Shown: in pieces, positions 41,969 through 50,546 of the stretch
Layout: every line of letters begins with the position of its first letter
How positions within the stretch are numbered: the first letter of the stretch is position 1
Assembly (NCBI GenBank): GCA_965200875.1
Contig: OZ241456.1
Coordinates: 864,001 to 928,000 of the forward strand
Reading direction: 5' to 3'
From: Bdellovibrionales bacterium
Lineage (GTDB): Bacteria; Bdellovibrionota; Bdellovibrionia; Bdellovibrionales; UBA1609
Length of the DNA stretch: 64,000 nucleotides
Position numbers and translations under genes: made by a program
Notes under the pieces: generated by a model
The model's input: only the letters and a program-made list of their open reading frames with translations
What the model was told of the DNA's origin: nothing
Database searches by the model: none

Positions 41969-42670
41969 TCAGTCAGTGTCAGCACTTGTCCCTGTCTCTT
42001 TACTGTTTGTTTCTTTACTCTTTTGTGGAATATAAGACACAGTAACATGAGGATACTCCTCTCTAATGCGACTGACTTCGGTATCGGAAAAATAATTCAT
42101 TGTTATCCAAACACGCTTTAAAGCAGTAAGTCCGTCAAAAATACCTTCAGGTAAGGTGGTTAAATTATTGTATGCCAAACTAATTTCCTCTAAAGCAGTA
42201 AGTCCGTCAAAAATACCTTCAGGTAAGGTGGTTAAACCAGCATTGTGCAATTTAATGTTCTTTAAACCAGACAAACCACTAAAATCACCAGTTTTTAATG
42301 TGGTTTTATCCCTACTGGAATCTACCAGCCAGATTGCTTCTAATTTTTTTAAATCTTTTTTTGTAAGAGTTTTGCAGGCTTCGGGCCATGATCTATCAGG
42401 GGAAGGGACAAGATTAGATACTATCAAAGTTCTAATTAATTCGGTTCTATCGCAGACCTCTACAAATGTGACAGTGGGTGGGTTTGGACTTGCACCAGTG
42501 TTAGGGTTAACACCTGCCCCCGTGTTAGCACCTGCTGTGGTTGCTCCGGCTGGGGTTGAACCTGCGCCCGCGTCTGCACCTGCTGTGGTTGCTCCCCTTG
42601 AACCACTGTCTTTTTTTTCACAACCTAAAAAACATAAGCTTAAAAACAATAAAGCAATTATAGTTTTCAT
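41969..42670 (-). CDS. Lipoprotein with G/A/T-rich linker and leucine-rich repeats
   Basis: Lipobox FLGC, GATTAGAD repeats, LTTLPEGIFDGLTAL twice (72-bp repeat). Confidence 0.88.
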   Translation of the reverse strand: MKTIIALLFLSLCFLGCEKKDSGSRGATTAGADAGAGSTPAGATTAGANTGAGVNPNTGASPNPPTVTFVEVCDRTELIRTLIVSNLVPSPDRSWPEACKTLTKKDLKKLEAIWLVDSSRDKTTLKTGDFSGLSGLKNIKLHNAGLTTLPEGIFDGLTALEEISLAYNNLTTLPEGIFDGLTALKRVWITMNYFSDTEVSRIREEYPHVTVSYIPQKSKETNSKETGTSADTD

Positions 42671-42726
42671 AAAATACTCCTTTTAGTTTAATTTGAAAAA
42701 AATCCCGTTTTAATCAGGACACTCCC

Positions 42727-42753
42727 AGACTAACGGGGGGGGGTAAAAGTCAA
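42727..42753 (-). promoter_or_regulatory. Poly-C spacer promoter TTGACT-TTTA-C9-GT-TAGTCT, 15-bp spacer
   Basis: Counted from the sequence; homolog of 48061-48089. Confidence 0.7.
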
Positions 42754-42796
42754 GAAATATATTCATAAAAACAAACTGGAAGGCATACAATAAGGC

Positions 42797-42931
42797 ATGC
42801 AAAAAGGTTGTCAGGAAGGTCAAAAAGAGCTGATCGCAAAATTGCTTAAAAGTGGAGTGGATTTGCAGGCTCTTTGCCAAGGCACAGGGCTTTCTGAACA
42901 GGAAATCAAAAAACTTAAGAGTGGTGACTAA
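42797..42931 (+). pseudogene. C-terminal fragment of an Rpn/YhgA-like protein (RpnS-like small ORF)
   Basis: KLEGIQ*G-MQKGCQEGQKELIAKLLKSGVDLQALCQGTGLSEQEIKKL. Confidence 0.7.
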
Positions 42932-43194
42932 GCATTATAGATGAAAGACCAATATCACCTTTTGGAAAGTACATGAAAAAAGTAAGGAGTATGTGCTTCA
43001 TAGCAAGTATGGAGTTTAAAGCCCTTTTTATGGAGAGTTTGCAGTTTTTTCAGCAAACAGGCATTATTGGGTCGGCAGGAAAATTCAAAATCTTCTAAAA
43101 AAATTAAATTTTTTTTTACGATAAAAGCCGATTAACTTTAAAGACCATAAATCTTAATAAGGAAATAAATGTGAAAGAAATCCAAAGAAAAATC

Positions 43195-43503
43195 CTATCT
43201 ATGGTTATCACTTTTCTGGTTGGAAACAATATTCATTAGATCCTGAAGTATGTTTTTAATATTTTCCTGTTCCACTGTTACATTTGATATCTCTGATTCC
43301 ATGCGCTTTTGATTGTTTTTTATCTCTGATTCCATGCGCTTTTGATTGTTTTTTATCTCTGATTCCATGCGCTTTTGATTGTTTTTTAAAGGGTCAATCT
43401 TTGCATTCAACAAAGAATTAAAACCTACAAGTAAAAAAGACAATGTAATAACAACAACAACAACAGTCTGTAAAACTACAGGAACATCTGATAAAATTTC
43501 CAT
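43195..43503 (-). CDS. Small membrane-anchored coiled-coil protein with three 33-bp repeats
   Basis: SD AAGGAGG, TM segment, KNNQKRMESEI x3. Confidence 0.8.
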   Translation of the reverse strand: MEILSDVPVVLQTVVVVVITLSFLLVGFNSLLNAKIDPLKNNQKRMESEIKNNQKRMESEIKNNQKRMESEISNVTVEQENIKNILQDLMNIVSNQKSDNHR

Positions 43504-43595
43504 AAAACCTCCTTACTGATATAGCCATAATGTAAGTATACCATATTATATCATAAGATCATATTGATTATTTTTTTTACGACATAGCTTTAGTG

Positions 43596-45041
43596 TTAAC
43601 GGGTTCTGAGTTGAAAAATCATATTGACATACTGTCGGGAGTAAAAGCGGTATCTCAGAACATTTAATGTATTAGTTCTGTTTTTGGAAAGTCGCCTTTG
43701 AACATCCCTCGCAGATTGAACCTGCCAGCCATTGACTTTTAAAATAATATCCTTTTTCCTGAACCCAGAGAAAGCGGCGGGGGATCCGGGTTTCACTTCT
43801 GTCACTATGGGGTGATTACGATTTAAAGGTGGCATTCCCATTGACTTCATCACTTCTTTTGTTCCGGTAACCATTACAAGTCCCAAGTTAAAAGGTGCCT
43901 TCTTTTTACTGCCTGTAGATGGGGCTGTTTGCTCATTTTCCGCCAATATCTGCTTTCTTTCCGCGACAGTAATATCCATCTTTATTTTTCGTTTATTTCT
44001 GATGATTTCCATTGGAACAGTTTGATTTACAGGAGTGGAGAACACAGCTTTAAAGAGATCCCTGTAGGTTTTGATTTTCTTTTTATTAAAAGATACAATA
44101 ATATCCTGTTTTTTTATACCAGCTTTTTCCGCAGGAGAACTTGACATAACTTCCATAATAAGTGCTCCCGGCTGGTTTTTATCCCTGCTTTGAGCCATCT
44201 GTACTCCGATATAACCTCCTCTCACTCTTCCGTATTTTTCCAAATCCTTTAATACCACTTTTACATTGTCAATGGGTATGGCAAAGCTGATTCCCTGCGT
44301 GCGCATGGCTGTGTTAACACCAATGACTTCTCCTCTGGTGTTCACTAAAGGCCCGCCGGAGTTTCCAGGGTTGATAATGGCGTCTGTTTGCAAAAAAGGA
44401 AATAAGTTCAGCTCGTCAATTTCACGATTTACGGCAGAGATAATTCCTTTGGTCATGGTGTGTCCGTGTCCGTAAGGGTTTCCAAAAGCAGCCACCCATT
44501 CTCCCACTTGTAATTCATTACTATTGCCCAATCGGGCTGTGGGCAATGGCTTGTTTATTTTAATTTTAATAATGGCAATGTCTGTATTTTCATCTTTGCC
44601 TATTACTTTGGCTTTGTAGATTGTTGAATTGTCTTTTAGTTGAACCTGAATGGTGTCCGCTTTATTGATGACATGGGTATTTGTGAGGATCAGGCCATTG
44701 GATCGAATGATAAAACCAGTGCCCAGAGAATGAAGAGGTTGGGCTTTGGGAGGTTTTGCATGAGGAGCGAGAAAGAAATCAAAAAAAGGATCATTAAAAT
44801 AAGGAAAAGAGGGTATGTTATTCAGCTTGGTTGTGGAGATATTAACCACAGCGGGGTTGATAATTTTTGCCAGTTTAATAAAAATATCAGCAGGTAAGGG
44901 TTCACCAGGCTTGAGTTTTTCAATCAGAGGTTTGGCGATCAGATGATTTTGGTATAAAAGAAGACCTTTACCAAAGCAAAAAACAGATATAATAAAAACA
45001 GATGTAAAGATTTTTGTTTTTTTTGAAAAAAGTATTTTCAT
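43596..45041 (-). CDS. HtrA/DegP-family serine protease with two PDZ domains
   Basis: SLGTGFII, LTNTHV, DIAII, QTDAIINPGNSGGPL. Confidence 0.95.
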   Translation of the reverse strand: MKILFSKKTKIFTSVFIISVFCFGKGLLLYQNHLIAKPLIEKLKPGEPLPADIFIKLAKIINPAVVNISTTKLNNIPSFPYFNDPFFDFFLAPHAKPPKAQPLHSLGTGFIIRSNGLILTNTHVINKADTIQVQLKDNSTIYKAKVIGKDENTDIAIIKIKINKPLPTARLGNSNELQVGEWVAAFGNPYGHGHTMTKGIISAVNREIDELNLFPFLQTDAIINPGNSGGPLVNTRGEVIGVNTAMRTQGISFAIPIDNVKVVLKDLEKYGRVRGGYIGVQMAQSRDKNQPGALIMEVMSSSPAEKAGIKKQDIIVSFNKKKIKTYRDLFKAVFSTPVNQTVPMEIIRNKRKIKMDITVAERKQILAENEQTAPSTGSKKKAPFNLGLVMVTGTKEVMKSMGMPPLNRNHPIVTEVKPGSPAAFSGFRKKDIILKVNGWQVQSARDVQRRLSKNRTNTLNVLRYRFYSRQYVNMIFQLRTR

Positions 45042-45080
45042 AAGTATATTCCTTGTGGTTTTTTTTTCTTGAAGTTATTT

Positions 45081-45362
45081 TTATTCCTCATTTGCTTGTT
45101 GAGAAAAAGTAATTTGCAGATCTTGTATAGAGTTATCCAATAACTGTTTTTCCTCTTCTGTTAAATTGCCCTTGGTTTTTTCTCTCAGCAAGAGCAGTAG
45201 CTCAATGTTAAATTCCGCAAGCGTTGTGTTTTTTTTGCTCTTTATTTCCGGTATAAGCCCCATTGCGGCTAGGGCAGAATGCGTGAGAGAATGAACAAGG
45301 GTGGAAAAAACCGGTGGATCCATTTTTGTATTTTGTTTGTTTGTTTGTTTTTCTGGGTTCAT
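45081..45362 (-). CDS. DUF1844 family protein
   Basis: FSTLVHSL..AAMG, AEFNIELL..LREKTKGNLTEEE. Confidence 0.85.
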   Translation of the reverse strand: MNPEKQTNKQNTKMDPPVFSTLVHSLTHSALAAMGLIPEIKSKKNTTLAEFNIELLLLLREKTKGNLTEEEKQLLDNSIQDLQITFSQQANEE

Positions 45363-45422
45363 ATTTCCCCTTTGATGTTAAAATTTTATTTTTCCCTGTG
45401 TAAAAAATGTTTGAGTGATTCA

Positions 45423-45611
45423 TCAAGTCGCCATATATGTTTTAAAATATACAAAATAGGGCATGTTGTCAAACTGAAAAACAAGCCCAAATAGAAAAAT
45501 AACAATTAGAACAAATATCCCAAACATCCATTTTAAAAATTGTATTCCAGCAACACACTCGCCGACTTTTTCAAGTAAATACCCTTGAGTATTATTTTTT
45601 TCTTTATTCAT
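45423..45611 (-). CDS. Small hypothetical membrane protein, possibly a remnant
   Basis: 62 aa with one TM segment. Confidence 0.35.
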   Translation of the reverse strand: MNKEKNNTQGYLLEKVGECVAGIQFLKWMFGIFVLIVIFLFGLVFQFDNMPYFVYFKTYMAT

Positions 45612-45854
45612 ATATCATTTTCTTTATTTTGGCCGGCTTTGTTATAAATTTTCTTATAAAGAGATTCTTCGTACTTATCCATAGCATCAACACTCAGAGG
45701 TTTTTTGAAAACAGGTTTTTCATTATCATCTAGAATATTAAAATCTCCGTCCTTTGAAATATTCGGTTGTTATGGCTCTCATCAGTGTTATTTTAATTCT
45801 TTATCTTCAATAATAATCCTATAGATTATATTCCACAGTAAAGTGTTTATTCTT

Positions 45855-46722
45855 TTATATGTCTTCCCCAGGATCGTCATCAACAACAACAAAACCACCT
45901 ACAAGTCGTGAGGTTAAATAAGTTGCCAATTCTGGGGTAACTTTCGCACCGAACAAAACCACAAAGTTTAACTCCGCACCTGTTAAATTCGCGCCTCTAA
46001 AATCCGTAAAGCTAAAATCCGCCCCGGTTAAATATCGCTCCTCGCAGATCCGCCCCAGTCAAATCCGCCATTTGCAAATTCGCATTGTGCATATTCGCAT
46101 TTCTCAAATTTGCCTCTTGAAAATTCGCCCCGTACAAATTCGCGCCTCTAAAATCCCCTCCTTCAAAATTCACCCCATTCAACTTCCCCCTGCCACTAAA
46201 ATCCGCGCCGCTAAAATTCGCCCTAGTAACAACCGCCAGTGTCCATTTCACACCTTTAAAATTCGCCCCTTCAAAATTCGCCCCTGTCAAATCCGTATTA
46301 CGCAAATTCGCCTTGGATAAATCCACCTCGTACAAATTCGCCCTGTTCAAATTCGCCCCGTACAAATTCGCCTTGGATAAAGCCGCCCCGTCCAAAACCA
46401 CCAGGTACAAATTCGCCCATTGCAACTTCGCCCATTGCAACTTCGCCCTAGATAAATCCACTAGGTACAAATTCGCCCATTGCAACTTCGCCTTACTCAA
46501 CTTCGCCCATTGCAACTTCGCCTGGGATAAATCCACCCCAGTCAAATTCGCCCCTCTCAAATCCGCCCCGTATAAATTCGCCTCGTATAAATTGCACTGA
46601 TGGTTTCTAGGCGTATAGATATAGTCTCGATAATTATCAATATTACAGGTAGACTCAGCCTCATTCTGGCCATAGCTCAAAGCACCTAAGCTTAAAAACA
46701 GTAAAGCAATTATCAAATTCAT
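45855..46722 (-). pseudogene. Secreted pentapeptide-repeat protein with a +1 frameshift near 46030
   Basis: ORF 46012..46722; the alternate frame continues TGADFSFTDFRGANLTGAELNFVVLFGAKVTPELATYLTSRLVGGFVVVDDDPGEDI* to 45855, the family C-cap. Confidence 0.8.
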
Positions 46723-46937
46723 TATTTACCTCCTTTGTTTAGTTAGGTTCTTTACATAATACAGGTGTTTATGAAAAACACTTAATAAAAAAACAAACCC
46801 GTGAAATCTTTATACGCCTGTAAAACAAACAACTGGAATCATAAAGAAAGGGTGGCGACTTTCAATCGCGAAAAAAAAAGGGGGGGGGTCCATCTTTTTC
46901 TCTACTCAAAACTGTAAAAAAAGCCAGTTTTGGGGTT
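46723..46937 (-). repeat. Upstream element shared in inverted orientation with 48990-49199; contains A9/G9 tract
   Basis: GATGGA-C9-T9-CGCGATTGAAAGTCGCCACCCTTTCTTTATGATT versus 49030-49083. Confidence 0.85.
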
Positions 46938-47012
46938 ATGGTTGTTTGTTTTATGGTATAAGGGAAAAACTGGATAGTTAAAACTATTTACAGCTAAACA
47001 GGAATATTCAGC

Positions 47013-47849
47013 TTAGCGGAGTAATATTATCTTTTTCACATACTCTGCAAAATCTTTCAAATTACTTCTAGTAGCCTTTTCAAAACCAATAAAATCATTT
47101 TGCATCATTCGCTGGATCACAGGCTTAGATGATGCTCCTAAATATCCCTCCACATACTCTACTACTTCTTGTATTTTACTTTTACTGGTACTTGAAAAAG
47201 CAACAAGATTCCTTTGCATCATCTCCTGGATAACTGGCTTAGATGATACTCCTAAATATCCTTCCAAATACTCTATTACTTCTTGTATTTTACTTTTACT
47301 GGTACTTGAAAAAGCAACAAGACTCCTTTGCATCATCTCATGGATCACTGGCTTAACTGGCTTAGGTGATGCTCCTAAATATCCTTCTTTTCCACCAAAG
47401 TAAATATGCAAATATGTAATCACGTCCCTTATATCTTCCACATTACCACGATCAAAACCACCCAAACTTCTATTTAAACGCTTAGTAACGCCATCAATCC
47501 CTATATATTCCTCATATAGACTCACTCTATCTTTAAAACTTACATAACTCATCATCCAAAAATAAGAAGTAGTCTTGATTCTTTTTAAAGTCTGTTTCAC
47601 TCCAATTCGCGCCTCCATTTCTTCCAAAAAACTTTTTGCATCTTCAGCGGTCCAATTTCCTTTTTTCAAATATGTGCTAATCTTTTTCTCCCAAACAGTT
47701 CCAAAGCCACCTTGATTCTTATTTGCAAAATTGATAAAAACTTCTCCCGGAGAGGAGAAAGCCAATACACAAGGGAAAACCAAAGGAGCATAGCTAATGG
47801 AATAAACAAATATAATTAATAAGAAAAACCTATGAAAAATAAACAACAT
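47013..47849 (-). CDS. Exported protein with 38-aa helical tandem repeats
   Basis: Signal-like N-terminus; IQEVIEYLEGYLGVSSKPVIQEMMQRNLVAFSSTSKSK-type units (114 bp). Confidence 0.8.
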   Translation of the reverse strand: MLFIFHRFFLLIIFVYSISYAPLVFPCVLAFSSPGEVFINFANKNQGGFGTVWEKKISTYLKKGNWTAEDAKSFLEEMEARIGVKQTLKRIKTTSYFWMMSYVSFKDRVSLYEEYIGIDGVTKRLNRSLGGFDRGNVEDIRDVITYLHIYFGGKEGYLGASPKPVKPVIHEMMQRSLVAFSSTSKSKIQEVIEYLEGYLGVSSKPVIQEMMQRNLVAFSSTSKSKIQEVVEYVEGYLGASSKPVIQRMMQNDFIGFEKATRSNLKDFAEYVKKIILLR

Positions 47850-48060
47850 AATATTAATCCTTATAGTTTATTGTTATTTTTACAGCATTATATGAGAAAC
47901 ACTAAAAAAAACATAGCTCTAAAAGGTAATAGTGTAATCTTTACACGCCTATAAAAAAAGAGGATAGTACTAAGAAACGACTCATTAAAAAAGAATACTG
48001 TTTATTAAATTGCAAACCCGTAAAACCCTTTGTGTCTATTTGTTTTTCTGAATTTATTTA

Positions 48061-48089
48061 TTGACTTTTACCCCCCCCCCCGTTAGTCT
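48061..48089 (+). promoter_or_regulatory. Poly-C spacer promoter TTGACT-TTTA-C11-GT-TAGTCT, 17-bp spacer
   Basis: Counted from the sequence; 60 bp upstream of ATG 48150. Confidence 0.75.
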
Positions 48090-48149
48090 AGGGGTATCCC
48101 GATTAAACGGGATTTTTTTCAAATTAAAAATTATTAAAAGGATTATTTT

Positions 48150-48830
48150 ATGAAAACTATTATTGTTTTATTGTTTTTGAGCTTATGTTTTTTAAGTTGT
48201 GAAAAAAAAGAGGCAGGTTCAACTGGTGCCGGATCAACCACCGCCGGGGCAACCACCGCCGGAGCTGACACGGGAGCAGGGGCAACTACCGCCGGAGCTG
48301 ACACGGGAGCAGGGGCAACCACCGCCGGAGCTGACACGGGAGCAGGGGCAACTACCGCCGGGGCAGGTGCTCAATCAGGTACATGTGTGCAACAGGGAGC
48401 AGTTATTCAGAGTGCAACACCCCCAGTATGTAATATCAATAATTATAAAGACTATATAAAGCAACCGGGAAACCATAAATGTAATTTATCAGGCGCAAAT
48501 TTGTCCGGTTTGGCCGGTAATTTTAGAAATGCGAATTTAAGTGGTGCGAATTTTAGCGGTGCGACATTGGTCGCGACTGATTTCCGTGGTGCGAATTTTA
48601 GCGGCGCGGATTTTAGTGGTGCGAATTTGCAATGGGCGAATTTTGCAGGGGCGGATTTAACCTGTGTGGATTTTAGCAATGCAGATTTGATCCGTGCGGT
48701 TTTGACTGATGTGAATTTAAGTGGTGCGAATTTTAGCGGGGCGACCTTTCACAAAACGAGAGTTGATCTGGAAGGGGAGACTTATTTAACCTCAAAGGGT
48801 ATAAGTGGTTTTGTTGTTGAAAATGAATAA
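48150..48830 (+). CDS. Pentapeptide-repeat lipoprotein with GATTAGADTGA linker repeats
   Basis: Lipobox FLSC, 33-bp repeats about 48246-48365, A(N/D)(L/F)xx repeats, C-cap YLTSKGISGFVVENE. Confidence 0.9.
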   Translation: MKTIIVLLFLSLCFLSCEKKEAGSTGAGSTTAGATTAGADTGAGATTAGADTGAGATTAGADTGAGATTAGAGAQSGTCVQQGAVIQSATPPVCNINNYKDYIKQPGNHKCNLSGANLSGLAGNFRNANLSGANFSGATLVATDFRGANFSGADFSGANLQWANFAGADLTCVDFSNADLIRAVLTDVNLSGANFSGATFHKTRVDLEGETYLTSKGISGFVVENE

Positions 48831-48883
48831 ATAGTTTTACTGCCTAACAAAGCAGTAAAATTTTCATATAATCCTTTTTTGGC

Positions 48884-48920
48884 GAAAAGCTTGTCTATCT
48901 CAGACGGGCTTTTTCGTTTT
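48884..48920 (+). terminator. Intrinsic terminator
   Basis: AAAAGCTTGTCT-ATCTC-AGACGGGCTTTTTCGTTTT; a second hairpin TTTTACTGC..GCAGTAAAA lies at about 48835-48860. Confidence 0.65.
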
Positions 48921-49196
48921 GAGAAAGGGAATCATAAGCAACCAGGGTCAGTTATATATCGCTTTTAGGGGTGCACATTTTCCCCCGGGCCCAAAACCCC
49001 CTTTTTGTGCAGTTTTGGTTAGAGAAAGAGATGGACACCCCCCCCCTTTCGCGATTGAAAGTCGCCACCCTTCTTTATGATTTCCTTATTACTATTTTTT
49101 TTAAACCTCTATGTAAATATTACACAGGTTATTTTTTTATTTAGTGTTTTTCATAAAATCATGTATTATTCAAAGAAACGAAAAATGAGGTAACTA

Positions 49197-49235
49197 ATGA
49201 GTTTTTCTGCGAATTTTACAGGTGCGAAAGTGGTT
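49197..49235 (+). pseudogene. 5' remnant of a hollowed pentapeptide cassette (3' remnant at 50491-50522)
   Basis: GAGGTAACTAATG identical to the 50547 start context, then ANFTGAKV; SGFVVVENE* follows the insert. Confidence 0.65.
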
Positions 49236-50499
49236 CGTCTGGACGGACCAGATTTGCTAATAGATTGTGTTTATTGATAGTCTGGAATTCCTCATAATAA
49301 GCTTAACCTGTGGTAAGTGGCTGGTCTCGGCATTTTCTACTAATTTTAAGCTAGGTTTTTGTAAATTAAAGGTATAAAAAGTATGTCTGAAAATCAAAGC
49401 CGTAAAATTGTGATTTCTGGTGGAAATAAGCCTAATATAGATTTTGGAAGTTTTGAGCGCGGTCTGGCTGAAATCCAGACTCCAGCTCAAGCTTTTGAAA
49501 AAGTGAAAATCCTTGAATCTATCCAAAGTGCACTTTCAGGCTTTCAAAATTCTTTTGAGACAGAGTTTAAGATATCTGAATACAAAATTCGTTATGATAG
49601 AAAATTGTGGAATTTACTTTGTGAGACCAATCTCACATCTGTGGAATTGGCCAAAGCTTTGAATAAAAAGAAGTCAGATGATGCCTGTAGATTTAAAGAG
49701 GATTTAAAGAAAGCTTATGGCGAAAAATCTGATGATGATATCCAGGTTTTGATTAACTTATCTTATGAAAAGGGAAAACCCTTAACCCGTGAATTTTTTA
49801 AAAGTTCTGGTAAATCCGGCTTTGGCGTGAAGAAATCTGGCCAGCAAGAATGGTTCACTCCCCGCTGGATATATGAGCGCGCTAGACATATTATGGGTTC
49901 AATCGATTTGGATCCAGCCACCTCTCAAAAGGCAATCAATATGGGCAATATAGCCAATCGGTATTTTATGAAGGGAGATAATGGGTTAACGAAAGCATGG
50001 AATACAACAAATAAAAGCAATATTTTTATAAATCCGACTTATACAATTCCATATTTTAAAACAAAGATTATTAAAAATAAAACAGTGAAACGAATCTCAT
50101 CAGATAGTGTATGTCAGGATTTCTTGAGTAAACTACTACGGAGTGAGTTTAAACAATGCGTGTTTATAACGCCACAGCGGAGTGAAACCTATTATGGGCA
50201 GTATTTACATAAATTGGCCAATGTTTTCTTTTTACAGCAAGGCCGGACAAAGTTTCACAAAGATGGAAGTGCTGATAAACAACTCCCTCCTGATCCAAGT
50301 ATAATCTGGGGAATATGTGTTGATCCTTTAAAATTCTGGCTGGCATTCAAAGATTTTGGTCATGTTGAGTGTCGATATAAAAACTTTAATCAGCTGAAAG
50401 CAGAATGTGAAGAGAGATGGAGTGAAATCGATTTATGGACTGCACAGCTTGAGAAACTACCAAAGCCTTAATGATTATCTTTAAAAAGCTAAAGTGGTT
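49227..50499 (+). mobile_element. Transposase-less insert flanked by 9-bp direct repeat AAAGTGGTT
   Basis: Direct repeat at 49227-49235 and 50491-50499; hairpin TGGTTCGTC-TG-GACGGACCA at the left junction. Confidence 0.5.
49383..50471 (+). CDS. Orphan phage-type DNA N6-adenine methyltransferase-like protein
   Basis: QEWFTP, GSIDLDPA, DNGLTKAW, IFINPTY, GRTKF. Confidence 0.75.
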   Translation: MSENQSRKIVISGGNKPNIDFGSFERGLAEIQTPAQAFEKVKILESIQSALSGFQNSFETEFKISEYKIRYDRKLWNLLCETNLTSVELAKALNKKKSDDACRFKEDLKKAYGEKSDDDIQVLINLSYEKGKPLTREFFKSSGKSGFGVKKSGQQEWFTPRWIYERARHIMGSIDLDPATSQKAINMGNIANRYFMKGDNGLTKAWNTTNKSNIFINPTYTIPYFKTKIIKNKTVKRISSDSVCQDFLSKLLRSEFKQCVFITPQRSETYYGQYLHKLANVFFLQQGRTKFHKDGSADKQLPPDPSIIWGICVDPLKFWLAFKDFGHVECRYKNFNQLKAECEERWSEIDLWTAQLEKLPKP

Positions 50500-50546
50500 T
50501 TGTTGTTGTTGAAAATGAGTAAAAAAAGAAAAAAAGGAGGTAACTA

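Noticed and set aside
42156..42686. Antisense ORFs over repeat genes (also 46072, 46313, 48143, 48452, 50696, 51289)
   Set aside because: Expected stop-free shadows of repetitive coding sequence
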